Assembly (NCBI GenBank): GCA_963693055.1
Contig: OY843751.1
Span: 672,001-736,000, forward strand
Direction of reading: 5' to 3'
DNA: 64,000 nt
DNA from: a bacterium
GTDB lineage: Bacteria; Zhuqueibacterota; Zhuqueibacteria; Residuimicrobiales; Krinioviventaceae
Part shown: positions 51,644 through 61,705 of the stretch, piece by piece
How positions within the stretch are numbered: the first letter of the stretch is position 1
Layout: every line of letters begins with the position of its first letter
Program-made: the position numbers and the translations under genes
The notes under the pieces: generated by a model
What the model was told of the DNA's origin: nothing
The model's input: only the letters and a program-made list of their open reading frames with translations
Database searches by the model: none

Positions 51644-52840
51644 TTATTTTACTATATCCTTTTCAACTACCTGTCCCGGACGTGTCTGCATGTTTGGCCA
51701 AAGCTTACGGCCCGGAAGCAGGCTGGTATTGATACCTGTGCTGCAACCGTCTGATACGATCGCGCCCAATTTATCTCTGCCGGTGGGTACAAGATTATCT
51801 TTGATTGCGGATTGGATCTCTTTTTTATCGTGACGAACATTGGCTATAATGGTGCCGGCACCTATGTTACAATCCTGACCTACAACCGAATCTCCGATAT
51901 AACTGAGATGACAAACCAGGCTGTTATCCATAATGACCGAGTTTTTGATCTCTACGGCATTGCCAACGCGGCAGTTGTTACCCACAGAAGTAAATGAGCG
52001 AATGTAGCAATTGGGACCAATATCGCAATTATCGCCAATGATGACTGGCCCTTCAATATACGCGCCTGAACGTATCAGGGTGTTTTCTCCGATAGAAACA
52101 GCGCCCTTGATGACCGTCCCGTCTTCCACTGTGCCTTTGATGTTTTGATCTTTCATATCCGGCATAAAGTATTCCTGATGACGTAACAGGTCCCAGGCAT
52201 AACCGGTAGGCAACCAGAATCCCTCAATGGGCAGTGCATAGAAATCCTGTTTTTGGGCAACAGTTTGTATTGCTGAGGTGATCTCGATCTCGCCGCGTTC
52301 GCTCAGGGGTGTTTGTTCCAGTTCATGCATAAACTCTTCTTGCAGCACATAACAACCAATATTTACCAGATCACCGATATATTCTTTTGGTTTCTCAACC
52401 AGATTCAGCACTTTGTTGTTTTCATCTACTTTATAAACACCGTATAAATGCGGATTTTCGGCATGTTTGACCAGCGCGCCGTAATCCATCTGTACCAGTT
52501 TTTCAAGATCCTGACGGGCAAAGAGATCGTCACCGTTCATGGCTACGAACTTGCCTTTAATATGAGGTTTTGCCTGCAATACTGCGTGGCCTGTGCCCAA
52601 TTGTTCCTTTTGTTCCTGATAAATGATATGCATACCCTTGTATTCGCTACCAAAGGCTTCTTCAATCATCTCTTTTTTGTAACCAGTAATGAGAATAACC
52701 TCGTCGAAAATGCCGGTCAACTGGTCCAGGCTGTGTTCCAACAATGGACGGTTCATAATAGGGAGTAGGGGTTTGGGGCGTGTCAAGGTGAGTGGATAGG
52801 TTCTTGTGCTTTTTCCTGCAACCATCAGTACTGCTTGCAT
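51644..52840 (-). CDS. Bifunctional sugar-1-phosphate nucleotidylyltransferase/acetyltransferase (archaeal-type GlmU-like)
   Basis: 'AGKSTRTYPLT.TRPKPL', 'LGTGHA', 'VEKP', 'SERGEIEIT', hexapeptide region 'IGPNCYIR', 'GNAVEIKNS', 'HLSYIGDS', 'GAGTI.AN.R.D', 'KLGA'. Confidence 0.9.
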   Translation of the reverse strand: MQAVLMVAGKSTRTYPLTLTRPKPLLPIMNRPLLEHSLDQLTGIFDEVILITGYKKEMIEEAFGSEYKGMHIIYQEQKEQLGTGHAVLQAKPHIKGKFVAMNGDDLFARQDLEKLVQMDYGALVKHAENPHLYGVYKVDENNKVLNLVEKPKEYIGDLVNIGCYVLQEEFMHELEQTPLSERGEIEITSAIQTVAQKQDFYALPIEGFWLPTGYAWDLLRHQEYFMPDMKDQNIKGTVEDGTVIKGAVSIGENTLIRSGAYIEGPVIIGDNCDIGPNCYIRSFTSVGNNCRVGNAVEIKNSVIMDNSLVCHLSYIGDSVVGQDCNIGAGTIIANVRHDKKEIQSAIKDNLVPTGRDKLGAIVSDGCSTGINTSLLPGRKLWPNMQTRPGQVVEKDIVK

Positions 52841-53076
52841 ATCTATATCTCCAATTTGATTTATTTTGAATTATTATGAATAGAATACAGCAATATAGGG
52901 CAAACTGGTGAAAAATTCAACTGGATTTGCATTGTAAAAGATTTACATTTAAAATACGGTTGCATGTTTAGCGTGTAAATGTTTTTACTTGAATTTGAAT
53001 GCTTTTGTTTTTATTATAGAATGCTGAAAATGAACAATTATTAATCAATCCAGATAAATTCGGAAGGATATTGGAA

Positions 53077-53877
53077 ATGAAAAACGAAATGAGTAGAAGG
53101 GCTTTTGTTGGCACTACAGCAGCTGCAACCATGGGAGCGGCGTTAAGTGCAAAATCCTTGTGGGCAAAAAATGAAACTCCCAAACGCAAAGCCTTGCTGG
53201 TATGGGGGGGATGGGATGGTCATGAACCCAAACAATGCAAAGATATTTTTGCTCCCTATATGCGTGAACAGGGCTGGGACGTTGTTGTTTCTGATACTCT
53301 GGATTCTTATACCGATAAGGCGTTAATGGATTCTTTGGATTTGGTTGTGCAGGTATGGACCTCAGGCGAGATCACCAAAGAGCAGTCCCAGGGTTTGATT
53401 ACCGCCGTTAAAGGTGGTGTGGGTATGGCAGGTTGGCATGGCGGTATGTGTGATTCGTTTCGTTCCAACACCGAATATCAGTTCATGACCGGGGGCCAGT
53501 GGGTTGCGCATCCCGGTGGTATCATTGATTATCGTGTAAATATCACGGACCATGATGATCCTATTACTGCCGGACTGAAAGATTTTGACATGCATTCCGA
53601 ACAATATTATATGCATGTGGATCCTACCATGAAGGTAATGGCAACAACGACATTTACCGGCGACGCAGCCCCTTGGATTGATGGCGCTGTTATGCCGGTG
53701 GTTTGGAAAAAATATTATGGCCAGGGACGTATTTTTTATTGTTCGCTGGGACACGTAGCCAAAGATTTTGAGGTGCCGGAAGCTTTGACCATTGTTCAAC
53801 GCGGTATCTTGTGGGCTGCCGAGAGCAAATACGGCCCCAAAGAAAAATGGATGAATTCTGTTTATCCGAAAATGTAA
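53077..53877 (+). CDS. ThuA-domain protein with Tat signal
   Basis: 'SRRAFVG', 'WGGWDGHEP', 'GWHGGM.DSFR', 'GGQWVAHPG', 'SEQYY', '[10 protein letters not shown]'. Confidence 0.9.
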   Translation: MKNEMSRRAFVGTTAAATMGAALSAKSLWAKNETPKRKALLVWGGWDGHEPKQCKDIFAPYMREQGWDVVVSDTLDSYTDKALMDSLDLVVQVWTSGEITKEQSQGLITAVKGGVGMAGWHGGMCDSFRSNTEYQFMTGGQWVAHPGGIIDYRVNITDHDDPITAGLKDFDMHSEQYYMHVDPTMKVMATTTFTGDAAPWIDGAVMPVVWKKYYGQGRIFYCSLGHVAKDFEVPEALTIVQRGILWAAESKYGPKEKWMNSVYPKM

Positions 53878-53892
53878 GAATGATTAATTTTT

Positions 53893-53927
53893 ATCCCCAT
53901 TCCAGGAATTTGTTCTGGGATGGGGAT
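53893..53927. terminator. Stem-loop after the ThuA gene
   Basis: atccccattccag ... ctgggatggggat, with a weak U-tract. Confidence 0.55.
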
Positions 53928-53935
53928 ATTAATAT

Positions 53936-54193
53936 ATGGATTTTGTATGTATGAGTGATAAAGATCAAATTTTAAAATGGACAACTACCTGGCAAAAAGC
54001 GAGTGATGCATTAAATTCTGTCAAGGTTGAAGCTCTACGCGATAAAAATTATTACTATAAAAATAAAGCTGTGCTTAACGATATGCTCCAATATGCTTTT
54101 GATCATCGTGTTGTGCGTAAGGATAGTGGTTTGGTCGAGATGCAAAGCTATTTCATGAAAATCCATCAACAGATTTTGGATAAAACTGAATGA
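53936..54193 (+). CDS. Small hypothetical protein (possible orphan antitoxin)
   Basis: 'W..TWQKA...L......ALR' and 'SGLVEMQ.YF.K' motifs. Confidence 0.65.
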   Translation: MDFVCMSDKDQILKWTTTWQKASDALNSVKVEALRDKNYYYKNKAVLNDMLQYAFDHRVVRKDSGLVEMQSYFMKIHQQILDKTE

Positions 54194-54308
54194 GTGGGCC
54201 CAAAATCTTTTGCAAAAGAATCTATTGAAATTATTCCTCGTTTAAAATTCTTGAATTTATTTTACTGTTATTCCTGGTTTTATATCATTTTATTTTTTTG
54301 TTTGCAAG

Positions 54309-54928
54309 TTAATAATTAATATTTGAATCTATTAAATTTAATTCATAACGGAGTTTATGATTTCCATTAATAACAAATTTAAATTCTGACATTCCTATCT
54401 CTTTTTTGTAAATTACTGATCCATAATTTGTTTTATATTTTAATGTATCAGAGTTGCTTGTATAATACCTTTTGTCTAATGTAAATACAGTATTATCTGA
54501 ATATCCTGTTGAAGGTAAAAGATGAATGTCAAAACTTAATGTAGAATCAGACAGCTGCTCTCTGATTGTAAAGGTTGTGGTGTCGGTATAGTTGTAAATT
54601 GTATCTGGTGAGTAAAACGTATTGAAATTATCTGCCCCAATATAAGTGTCATTAAAAATACCTTAAAATAAAAAATGTCGAATGAATCTGTACGTGTTGA
54701 ATCCATGATTTCCCATGTTAGCTTGCCCTCATATGTAAAACGATAGTCCATTGCGTAACTGTTATGACCGTAATATTCAAAGCTCCACATGTTATGTAAA
54801 GCAAGGGGAAAGAAATCATCCTTGTTCACAATTACCGGGTCATCATTGATTTCAGGCTAAATAGTGTTATTACTGCAAAAGCATAAAATTATTGTAATAC
54901 AGAAAATAATTCCAATTAGTTTCTTCAT
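54309..54928 (-). pseudogene. Disrupted lipoprotein gene
   Basis: ATG 54928 MKKLIGIIFCITIILCFCSNNTI, in-frame TAG at 54857-54859, continues 'DFFPLALHNMWSFEY', frameshift near 54662, then an open frame to TAA 54309. Confidence 0.8.
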
Positions 54929-54950
54929 ATTTAGCTTTCAGGTGTTTCCC

Positions 54951-54976
54951 CCGGCGGCCCCCCTGCAAGCCGCCGG
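54951..54976. terminator. GC-rich hairpin downstream of the vWA operon
   Basis: ccggcggc ... gccgccgg, with no clear U-tract. Confidence 0.45.
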
Positions 54977-55034
54977 AGTATTTTAGTATTTAATCAAGAT
55001 AAAGCGAATCTTTTTCGTTATATTTTGATTAAAA

Positions 55035-57116
55035 TTATTTCACAAAACTCATTTTTTTGCTCAAAGTAAAGCGTTGTCCAAAGACATTTGTGAACTCGAT
55101 CTGGTAAAGGTATATACCTGCGGCTACCAGATGTCCGTTCAGATCGGTACCGTTCCATGCCAGAGAATGCGTGCCTGCCTGTTGGGTATTGTTGTATAAT
55201 ACATTCACCAGCCGTCCGGTGATATCATAAATTTTAATGGTCACATGTCCCGAAGACGGGATGCTGTAACTGATGGTTGTTGATGGATTGAAAGGATTTG
55301 GATAATTCTGGTTTAATACAAATTCTTCCGGTACGATGATATCCTTGTCAATATCTGTGCTCGGATCAGAGTAGAATGCGGTATAAGGCGTAAGGATTTG
55401 GAATTTTAACGATAATTCAATAACCTGGTCTACCAGTTCATCCAGTTCACCATAGATTGCGATCTGGTCCAGCAGATAATCAATTTTTGCTTTAGCCCAT
55501 AAACGGGGGATAAAGCGGTGTCCGCCCGGTTGGCGGCTGAATCCTGCATCGGACATGAAGCTTTTCTGCTGGCCGCTAACTTCTCCCGTGAGGTACACTT
55601 TGAAATTACCTTCATTGGTATAAATACCCATCTGCATGACCTGGTTGCCCCAGAACAAGTCGGGCAGGGGACGCGGATACTTGTCGGATGTACTCAATCC
55701 TTCTATCTTGATATCCAGGTCAGTCAATACCGGTTTGGATATACGTTGAAAATGATTGCTGATGGTTGTATAGATATCGTCATCCTCTGTAATAAATTCT
55801 GCGTAACCACCGTTTTCAACCGCCATCTGAACCAAAAGCTGCTCGCTTACATCATCACCTACGCCAAAAGAGAAAATACGCACATCCTGTGTATTGTACT
55901 CGGCGACATTGGCAAGAATATTGGGAACGAATGTTTCTCCCCAGGTGGGATATCCATCTGTAAGGAAAACCAGCATATTTGAGAAATCACTGGAAAAAGA
56001 TTGGTTTAACGAAACCTGCATGGCTTCGTCGATATTTGTCAGCCCCAATGCACCAATATTGGTAACAAATGCCTGGGCTTCGTTGATCTTGTCCGGCGTT
56101 GCGTAAACCAGATTGCTCTTGAACAGCTGCACCGTGGTGCCAAAGGTGATAATGTTAAACTGATCATCCTGCTGCAGATTGTCTAAAAATGCCATTAAAG
56201 ATTCTTTTAGCTGAATGATGCGTGTGCCCTCCATACTGGAGGAGACATCCGCAGTGAATACGATCTTTTTGGGTATATCTTCCTCGTCCGAAATTTCGTC
56301 CGGCGGGGTGATCCAGGTTGCATAATACGAGTCATCTCCTATAGAGTCATCTTCTGTGGGTGTATATGTAAGGACGTTTACTTGTACCTGCTCGCGGATG
56401 GTTTCAAACTGGACTGTCAGATCTTGAGTTGGAACAAAATTTTCGTCACCAAAAATTAAATTGTATTTGTTTTCACTTTCTTTGGTGATATTCAGTGCGG
56501 TTGAAGAGTCCATTCCCGGTGTATCTACGGATTTGATATTGTTTTCTGTTACAATGGCACCGGTCACGGAAACCCGTTCAAGCGGTTTGGGTGATATTTC
56601 TGTGGCATTGAGCAGAAATGTATAATCAATGGTACCAAATTCATACGGCAAAAGTTCAACATAGGTGATTTTTACGCGTACATCCGAAGCACCAAAAATG
56701 GGAGCTATGCTGAGTCGATATAAATTGTCGCCCAGGTATTCAAGCAGTGCGGGATCAAGATATTGCCTGATTTTTTCATTGTATTCCTGCTTGGCTTCTT
56801 CACGTTCTTTGATAGCACCTTCGTACCATTTGTCATTAAACCAATAAAACAGCTCGGTTACCACTGCATTGTCCGGTAAAGGGAAAATACAAACGGCTTC
56901 AACTGTTTGATTGAGCTCATTTCTAAACACCTGGTCAATATAAGTGACTGCTATCTGGCCTTCAATTTCCACAGTTGCGTCTACGCTTTTGATCCAGACC
57001 TTGTCGTACTCGGTATTACTGCCAAGAGGACGACTAAACAGGGCGCCAAGTGCAAAGACAGATTGCGCGCATGCAAAAACCATCAAAAATATAATTAATG
57101 TCTTTTTTGCGTTCAT
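55035..57116 (-). CDS. Secreted VIT + vWA domain protein (ITIH-like) with T9SS-like CTD; intact MIDAS
   Basis: VIT 'QVFRN....VEA...FPLP..A.V', MIDAS 'DVSSSM', 'TNI', 'FLTDG', 'RLWAKAKI', 'LTPYTAF', 'QNYPNPFNP'. Confidence 0.92.
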   Translation of the reverse strand: MNAKKTLIIFLMVFACAQSVFALGALFSRPLGSNTEYDKVWIKSVDATVEIEGQIAVTYIDQVFRNELNQTVEAVCIFPLPDNAVVTELFYWFNDKWYEGAIKEREEAKQEYNEKIRQYLDPALLEYLGDNLYRLSIAPIFGASDVRVKITYVELLPYEFGTIDYTFLLNATEISPKPLERVSVTGAIVTENNIKSVDTPGMDSSTALNITKESENKYNLIFGDENFVPTQDLTVQFETIREQVQVNVLTYTPTEDDSIGDDSYYATWITPPDEISDEEDIPKKIVFTADVSSSMEGTRIIQLKESLMAFLDNLQQDDQFNIITFGTTVQLFKSNLVYATPDKINEAQAFVTNIGALGLTNIDEAMQVSLNQSFSSDFSNMLVFLTDGYPTWGETFVPNILANVAEYNTQDVRIFSFGVGDDVSEQLLVQMAVENGGYAEFITEDDDIYTTISNHFQRISKPVLTDLDIKIEGLSTSDKYPRPLPDLFWGNQVMQMGIYTNEGNFKVYLTGEVSGQQKSFMSDAGFSRQPGGHRFIPRLWAKAKIDYLLDQIAIYGELDELVDQVIELSLKFQILTPYTAFYSDPSTDIDKDIIVPEEFVLNQNYPNPFNPSTTISYSIPSSGHVTIKIYDITGRLVNVLYNNTQQAGTHSLAWNGTDLNGHLVAAGIYLYQIEFTNVFGQRFTLSKKMSFVK

Positions 57117-57127
57117 GATTTTTCCCT

Positions 57128-59158
57128 TTATTTTAAGAGTGTGATTTTTGTTGAGCTAATATGATCACCAATTTGTAAAAATACGATATATGTACCACTG
57201 GGTAAAGCGTTGCCCAAAAAGTCTATTCCATTAAACTGGATTTCATGCATTCCCGGTTCAAGGTGAGAAATATCAATTACAGTTACCAATTGACCCAATG
57301 CATTGAATATTTTGATCATTTTGTTTTTTTCAAACCGCACTTGAGGCGACAGATAAAACCGGATTGTAGTAGATGGATTAAACGGGTTTGGGTAATTCCC
57401 AACTAAATATGATTCCGGTACCTGCACACTACCGGTTGACAATTTGTCAACCGAGGTTGCCGGGGTTTCATAATCCGCGATATATGCCGTATATCTGCAT
57501 CTGATATTATAAGCCAAGCTGATTCCAATTAATTCCTCTTTGAGACCAGCGGCTTCACCGTATATTTCAATTTCCTGCTCAAGCACATCTATTTTTTCTT
57601 TAGCCCATATGCGTTCTGTGATTTTGAGGGAATCTGTATTGCTGCTAAAATCCAACTGTTTGTTAATGGATTGCGTTCCATCCGGAGATTTGCCAGCCAT
57701 AGCAAACGCATAACTTCCGGGAGTTGAATAGCGGCCTGTCATAAAAAAGCTGGTACCTGAATAGGTGGTAGGAAGCTTTTCGGGTAATACATCATAAAGC
57801 TCCAGCTTGCCAAATTCAAAGGCTACATCTTTTAAAATGGGCCTGCTTATTTTATCAAATACACGTGTCATACCATCGTATAAATTCTCATCCTGGTTGA
57901 AATAAGTCACAAAGCCATAATTCAAGGCTGCAAGCATTTCCAAACGCTCATAACTGATTTTATCGCCAACCCCAATAGGGAAAATACCCGTATCAAAAGT
58001 ATTATAGCTTTCAATCTGTTTTGGGTCAATTGTAGAATATCCATTTGTGAATGTCAGTATTGCATTGCTGTACGTATCATCCTCAATTTGTAATAGCGCA
58101 TTGTGTAAACCGCCGCCCAAGTTTGTACCGGATTGGGTAAACACCCCTTCAAGGTACGTTTTTGCGCCTTGTTTATAGGCATCTGTCGCCGGCACCGGAC
58201 CGGCCTGCCAGCTTGATGTACTATAATTAGATAGTAAAATATTAAAATAATCTGTTTCTTGCAACAATTCTATCATGTGAGAAATGGATTTTATACTTTG
58301 GTCTAAAACATAGCCTGCCATATTGCTGGAATTGTCCAGCAAAAAGATTATTCGTTTGGGGTAAATGTTGTTATAATCTCTAATCGCTTTGGGGCGTACA
58401 AACAAGGCAAAATGTCCATCCATGCTGTCGTTTGCAACAGAGTAAAAATCGATATCTGTTTCGCTGCTAATCGTATTGTACCAGAATTCCAAATCTCGAT
58501 CAAGATAGTTTTTGGGCCAGATCATTTCAACTGTCATTTGGTTATCATTTTGGTTTATGATAGTATAATCCGAGTGCGATGTGCAGTCAAAACCAGTAAT
58601 GGGTGAGTTACTGTTAATATTAATAGTGAATTGCAAATGCTCAACCGGTAATTGAATAAAATTACTGGTATCGAGAGGATATTTAAAGCTGGTTTTGCCT
58701 TGGTAATAATCACAATGTTGAATGTATGTTAAACGGACCTTTTGTATTTCTCCTGCATTAATATTTCTCAATGAGATCTTTATGCCGTTACGTCCAATAT
58801 ACTCATTAACCTCGGCAATGATTCCGCCTTCACCCGTACCGGGATTCACAGCCTGTTCTTTTACTTTAAGTACCGCTTTGTAAATAGTGTCACCCTGCCA
58901 ATATAGAAATTCTGTAGCCCGTGCGTTGGGAGGCAATGGAAAGGAATAGACCGCATCTGTTTTTTCATTGCTTTCGTTCAAGAATTCTTGATAGACAACT
59001 GTTTCAGCCATCAGACTGTTGATATTTATTGTTACTCGCGTCATGCGGTTCATCATAAAATCTTTGGGATAATTTTCATTCGTGGGTACCATCAAGCCAT
59101 CTGCCAGAGCGAATGAAAAGCCAACCAATACCAAAAATGTGATCATCAAGTTTTTCAT
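57128..59158 (-). CDS. Secreted VIT + vWA domain protein with T9SS-like CTD; degenerate MIDAS
   Basis: Start MKNLMITF after GGAG. VIT 'QEFLN....DAVYSFPLPPNA', 'DNSSNM' and 'TFTNG' in place of DxSxS/TDG, 'RIWAKEKI', 'NYPNPFNP'. Confidence 0.9.
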   Translation of the reverse strand: MKNLMITFLVLVGFSFALADGLMVPTNENYPKDFMMNRMTRVTININSLMAETVVYQEFLNESNEKTDAVYSFPLPPNARATEFLYWQGDTIYKAVLKVKEQAVNPGTGEGGIIAEVNEYIGRNGIKISLRNINAGEIQKVRLTYIQHCDYYQGKTSFKYPLDTSNFIQLPVEHLQFTININSNSPITGFDCTSHSDYTIINQNDNQMTVEMIWPKNYLDRDLEFWYNTISSETDIDFYSVANDSMDGHFALFVRPKAIRDYNNIYPKRIIFLLDNSSNMAGYVLDQSIKSISHMIELLQETDYFNILLSNYSTSSWQAGPVPATDAYKQGAKTYLEGVFTQSGTNLGGGLHNALLQIEDDTYSNAILTFTNGYSTIDPKQIESYNTFDTGIFPIGVGDKISYERLEMLAALNYGFVTYFNQDENLYDGMTRVFDKISRPILKDVAFEFGKLELYDVLPEKLPTTYSGTSFFMTGRYSTPGSYAFAMAGKSPDGTQSINKQLDFSSNTDSLKITERIWAKEKIDVLEQEIEIYGEAAGLKEELIGISLAYNIRCRYTAYIADYETPATSVDKLSTGSVQVPESYLVGNYPNPFNPSTTIRFYLSPQVRFEKNKMIKIFNALGQLVTVIDISHLEPGMHEIQFNGIDFLGNALPSGTYIVFLQIGDHISSTKITLLK

Positions 59159-59171
59159 ATTACGCTCCTTT

Positions 59172-61493
59172 TTACTTGAGGTACAAAATTTTACTAATTT
59201 CATGTTTCATTTCGCCATTGTTCTGACGATGGCTCAATCTGACAATATACATGCCGCCACTCACCGGTATGCCCTGATCGTTAGTAGCGTTCCATATCAA
59301 CCGGTTTGCAGTTTGGTTCGAGAGATCAAAGTGCCTGATCCGTTGACCCAGCACATTATAGATATCAACCCGGGCATCTTTAGAATTCTGTAATTGTATG
59401 TCCAGTGTGATTTCCGGATTAAAGGGATTGGGATAACAGGCCATGGCTTCTGGCTTGCTTTCATAATCCGGCAAATAATATTCTGCGGTGGCTTCTCCGC
59501 CCAGTCCCGCGTAGTGGATTTTAAGACGAAGCTGGGTAGAGGGTGCAGTATTGTATTTACTCTTGAAAGAGATTAAATATTTATGTTGTGATCTCATGCG
59601 TGAAACATTAAGAAGAATATCTCTAAAATTACCCCGAATGTCATAAAAATTTCCACCGGTTGCATTGACAATGGGATCATAACTGGATGATTTATAGACT
59701 GTTGATGCAATTGCATGTACTGTAATGTTATTGAGTAATAGATTGTTAATTACCTGATTTCTGTCCAGTGATGTAACATTATCACTTTCATGATATGTTT
59801 CATCAGTTATCCAAATAATCATTCTTTTGGAATCATTCCTGAATGAAAATTGTGAAGCGTTCATTAATGCGTCGAGGGAATTCTCTGGACTGTCACCGCC
59901 ACCATGAGCGCGTTGTTCGTTAATCCATGATTTGAATTGATTAATATCGCTGGTAAAGGGATAGGTGTTTTCAATTACGTCCAGAAATGTCACCATTCCC
60001 AACTGATAATCAATACCCCTCTCTAAAAGGCTGTCTGCAAATTCTATGATATTATTTTTCACACCGGCAATTTCATCGCCCATGCTTCCGGTTACATCAA
60101 GAACAAATATAATATCAGCAGCGTTAACTCCACCGGTAGTATCTTTCAGCAAGCTGATTTGTTCTATACGTTGATCGTTTTCATATAAAAATACATTTTC
60201 AGGACGAAGATTGAGCAGCTTTTGCCCGGTTTCTTCTATTTGACCTGAAAATACTATTTGCAAGTCCGGATAGTTGTTGGTTATGAGTGAATCTATGGAT
60301 ATATCCAAACCAGTATCGGAAACGGGAGTAGCGGGTATTTTAACATACCTTGAAAGGCTGTCGAGTACTGTGCCGCCTTCACTTGCAATAAGTCTGATCT
60401 TGACGATCTTTTCTTCATATATCTCCCGTGTATGGAGTGCAAGTGACATAAATGAACGTTCACCCGCAAGTGTGGTTTGATAGCTTTCATTATTGCCATA
60501 TATTTCATAGGGATTATCGAGCAGGATGTTGATGTTGGGTGCGGTAATATATTGATTGGTGTTCAATAATTCTACCGTGCTGGTGAAATCCTGCGGAAAC
60601 ATGACATTGTTACTCAGGATAAAATGATTGGGGCAATCCCAGCGTAAAAATACGGAAGACCCAAAATCAGGGGGAAGCAATTCCAGGTATGCGGTTTGGG
60701 TTAATGTATCTCCGCTGATTAATGTTTTATCTTGCCAAAGAATTTCCAAAGCAGCATCATAAAGTACCTGTTCATAAATTTCCGCGTAGGGATTTTCAAA
60801 TATGCGTTCCCAATTGACGGTATTTACCGTTGCATTAGGATCGTCAAGGTGCAAGCCCATTCGCATACCTCTTACTGGGCCATTATGCTCGGATATTTCA
60901 AAAAATTGTCCGGCTATGCTGCCCAACTCGTTGGTCTTGTCTTTAATATATCCATCTCCATAGCGCGAGAGTGCAGGATCAATAACCAATCCACCCCCAA
61001 GCTCATGACTTTCGGTATCATGATTTATGTAGGTCAGGTTGAATTGTGTGGTAATACCATCATTATGTGCGACCATTTCAAAGAGTATTTCAATATTGCT
61101 TTCATTAATAAAGTTAATAAATAGCGAGCTATCGGTTTTTGAAGGGGATAAATCCCTTGTTGTAGGATAAAGCTCATCCATGCGTCCCTGAGATTGGTCT
61201 ATGCTGAGTAAAGGAAAGGATGTCATGGCATAGGGATGTCCAAAAGTGAGGGTTTGTTTGTCGTCAAAAGATGTTTCCTCAAAACCCTCATGGGTTCCAA
61301 TAGTGAAATAGCCGCCGCTGAGCATGCTTATCTCGGTAAACTTTTTTAAAAGATCAAGCTTACCATAAGATTCGATTTTATTGTTTGTGGTTGAGCTTTT
61401 AGCAAGTTGAGGGATTATATCATAATCCGCTTTGTTCAATGCAAATACCTGGCAAGCCAACAATATGAATACAAACGTTAACCCTTTTTTCAT
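59172..61493 (-). CDS. Secreted vWA domain protein with N-terminal beta-sandwich regions and T9SS-like CTD
   Basis: 'FTIGT...LTFGHP..TSF', MIDAS 'DVTGSM', 'GGGD.PE..LDA', 'ITDE', 'YPNPFNP'. Confidence 0.9.
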   Translation of the reverse strand: MKKGLTFVFILLACQVFALNKADYDIIPQLAKSSTTNNKIESYGKLDLLKKFTEISMLSGGYFTIGTHEGFEETSFDDKQTLTFGHPYAMTSFPLLSIDQSQGRMDELYPTTRDLSPSKTDSSLFINFINESNIEILFEMVAHNDGITTQFNLTYINHDTESHELGGGLVIDPALSRYGDGYIKDKTNELGSIAGQFFEISEHNGPVRGMRMGLHLDDPNATVNTVNWERIFENPYAEIYEQVLYDAALEILWQDKTLISGDTLTQTAYLELLPPDFGSSVFLRWDCPNHFILSNNVMFPQDFTSTVELLNTNQYITAPNINILLDNPYEIYGNNESYQTTLAGERSFMSLALHTREIYEEKIVKIRLIASEGGTVLDSLSRYVKIPATPVSDTGLDISIDSLITNNYPDLQIVFSGQIEETGQKLLNLRPENVFLYENDQRIEQISLLKDTTGGVNAADIIFVLDVTGSMGDEIAGVKNNIIEFADSLLERGIDYQLGMVTFLDVIENTYPFTSDINQFKSWINEQRAHGGGDSPENSLDALMNASQFSFRNDSKRMIIWITDETYHESDNVTSLDRNQVINNLLLNNITVHAIASTVYKSSSYDPIVNATGGNFYDIRGNFRDILLNVSRMRSQHKYLISFKSKYNTAPSTQLRLKIHYAGLGGEATAEYYLPDYESKPEAMACYPNPFNPEITLDIQLQNSKDARVDIYNVLGQRIRHFDLSNQTANRLIWNATNDQGIPVSGGMYIVRLSHRQNNGEMKHEISKILYLK

Positions 61494-61541
61494 GTTTCTC
61501 CTCCACGTTGGTTTTCCCCTAATATATTATTACCTGACTCC

Positions 61542-61557
61542 TTCAACAACAATGCCA
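61542..61557 (-). promoter_or_regulatory. Sigma54 (-24/-12) promoter candidate
   Basis: Minus strand TGGCAT-TGTTG-TTGAA versus consensus TGGCAC-N5-TTGCW, ~50 nt upstream of the 61493 ATG with a GGAGGAG RBS. Confidence 0.65.
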
Positions 61558-61569
61558 CAGTAACTTGAA

Positions 61570-61582
61570 TATCAAATGTTTA
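61570..61582. promoter_or_regulatory. IHF-consensus site
   Basis: TATCAA-ATGT-TTA is an exact match to WATCAANNNNTTR, just upstream of the -24 element. Confidence 0.5.
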
Positions 61583-61690
61583 ACAGAGTTGTGCTGTATT
61601 GTAATCTCTTGTTTTTATTGAGTTTGGTTTTACTGTCTTGCCCCCAACAGGCCGCCCGGTCAAGCTGTTTTTTGATTATAGATTATTTGG

Positions 61691-61705
61691 TGCGAAAAAT
61701 TTGCA
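61691..61705. promoter_or_regulatory. Candidate upstream activator sequence for a sigma54 enhancer-binding protein
   Basis: Imperfect palindrome TGCGAAAAATTTGCA ~135 nt upstream of the -24 element. Confidence 0.4.

Noticed and set aside
54857-54859. Pyrrolysine or stop-codon read-through at the in-frame TAG
   Set aside because: The same gene also has a frameshift, and TAG serves as a normal stop elsewhere in the window (e.g. sufC).
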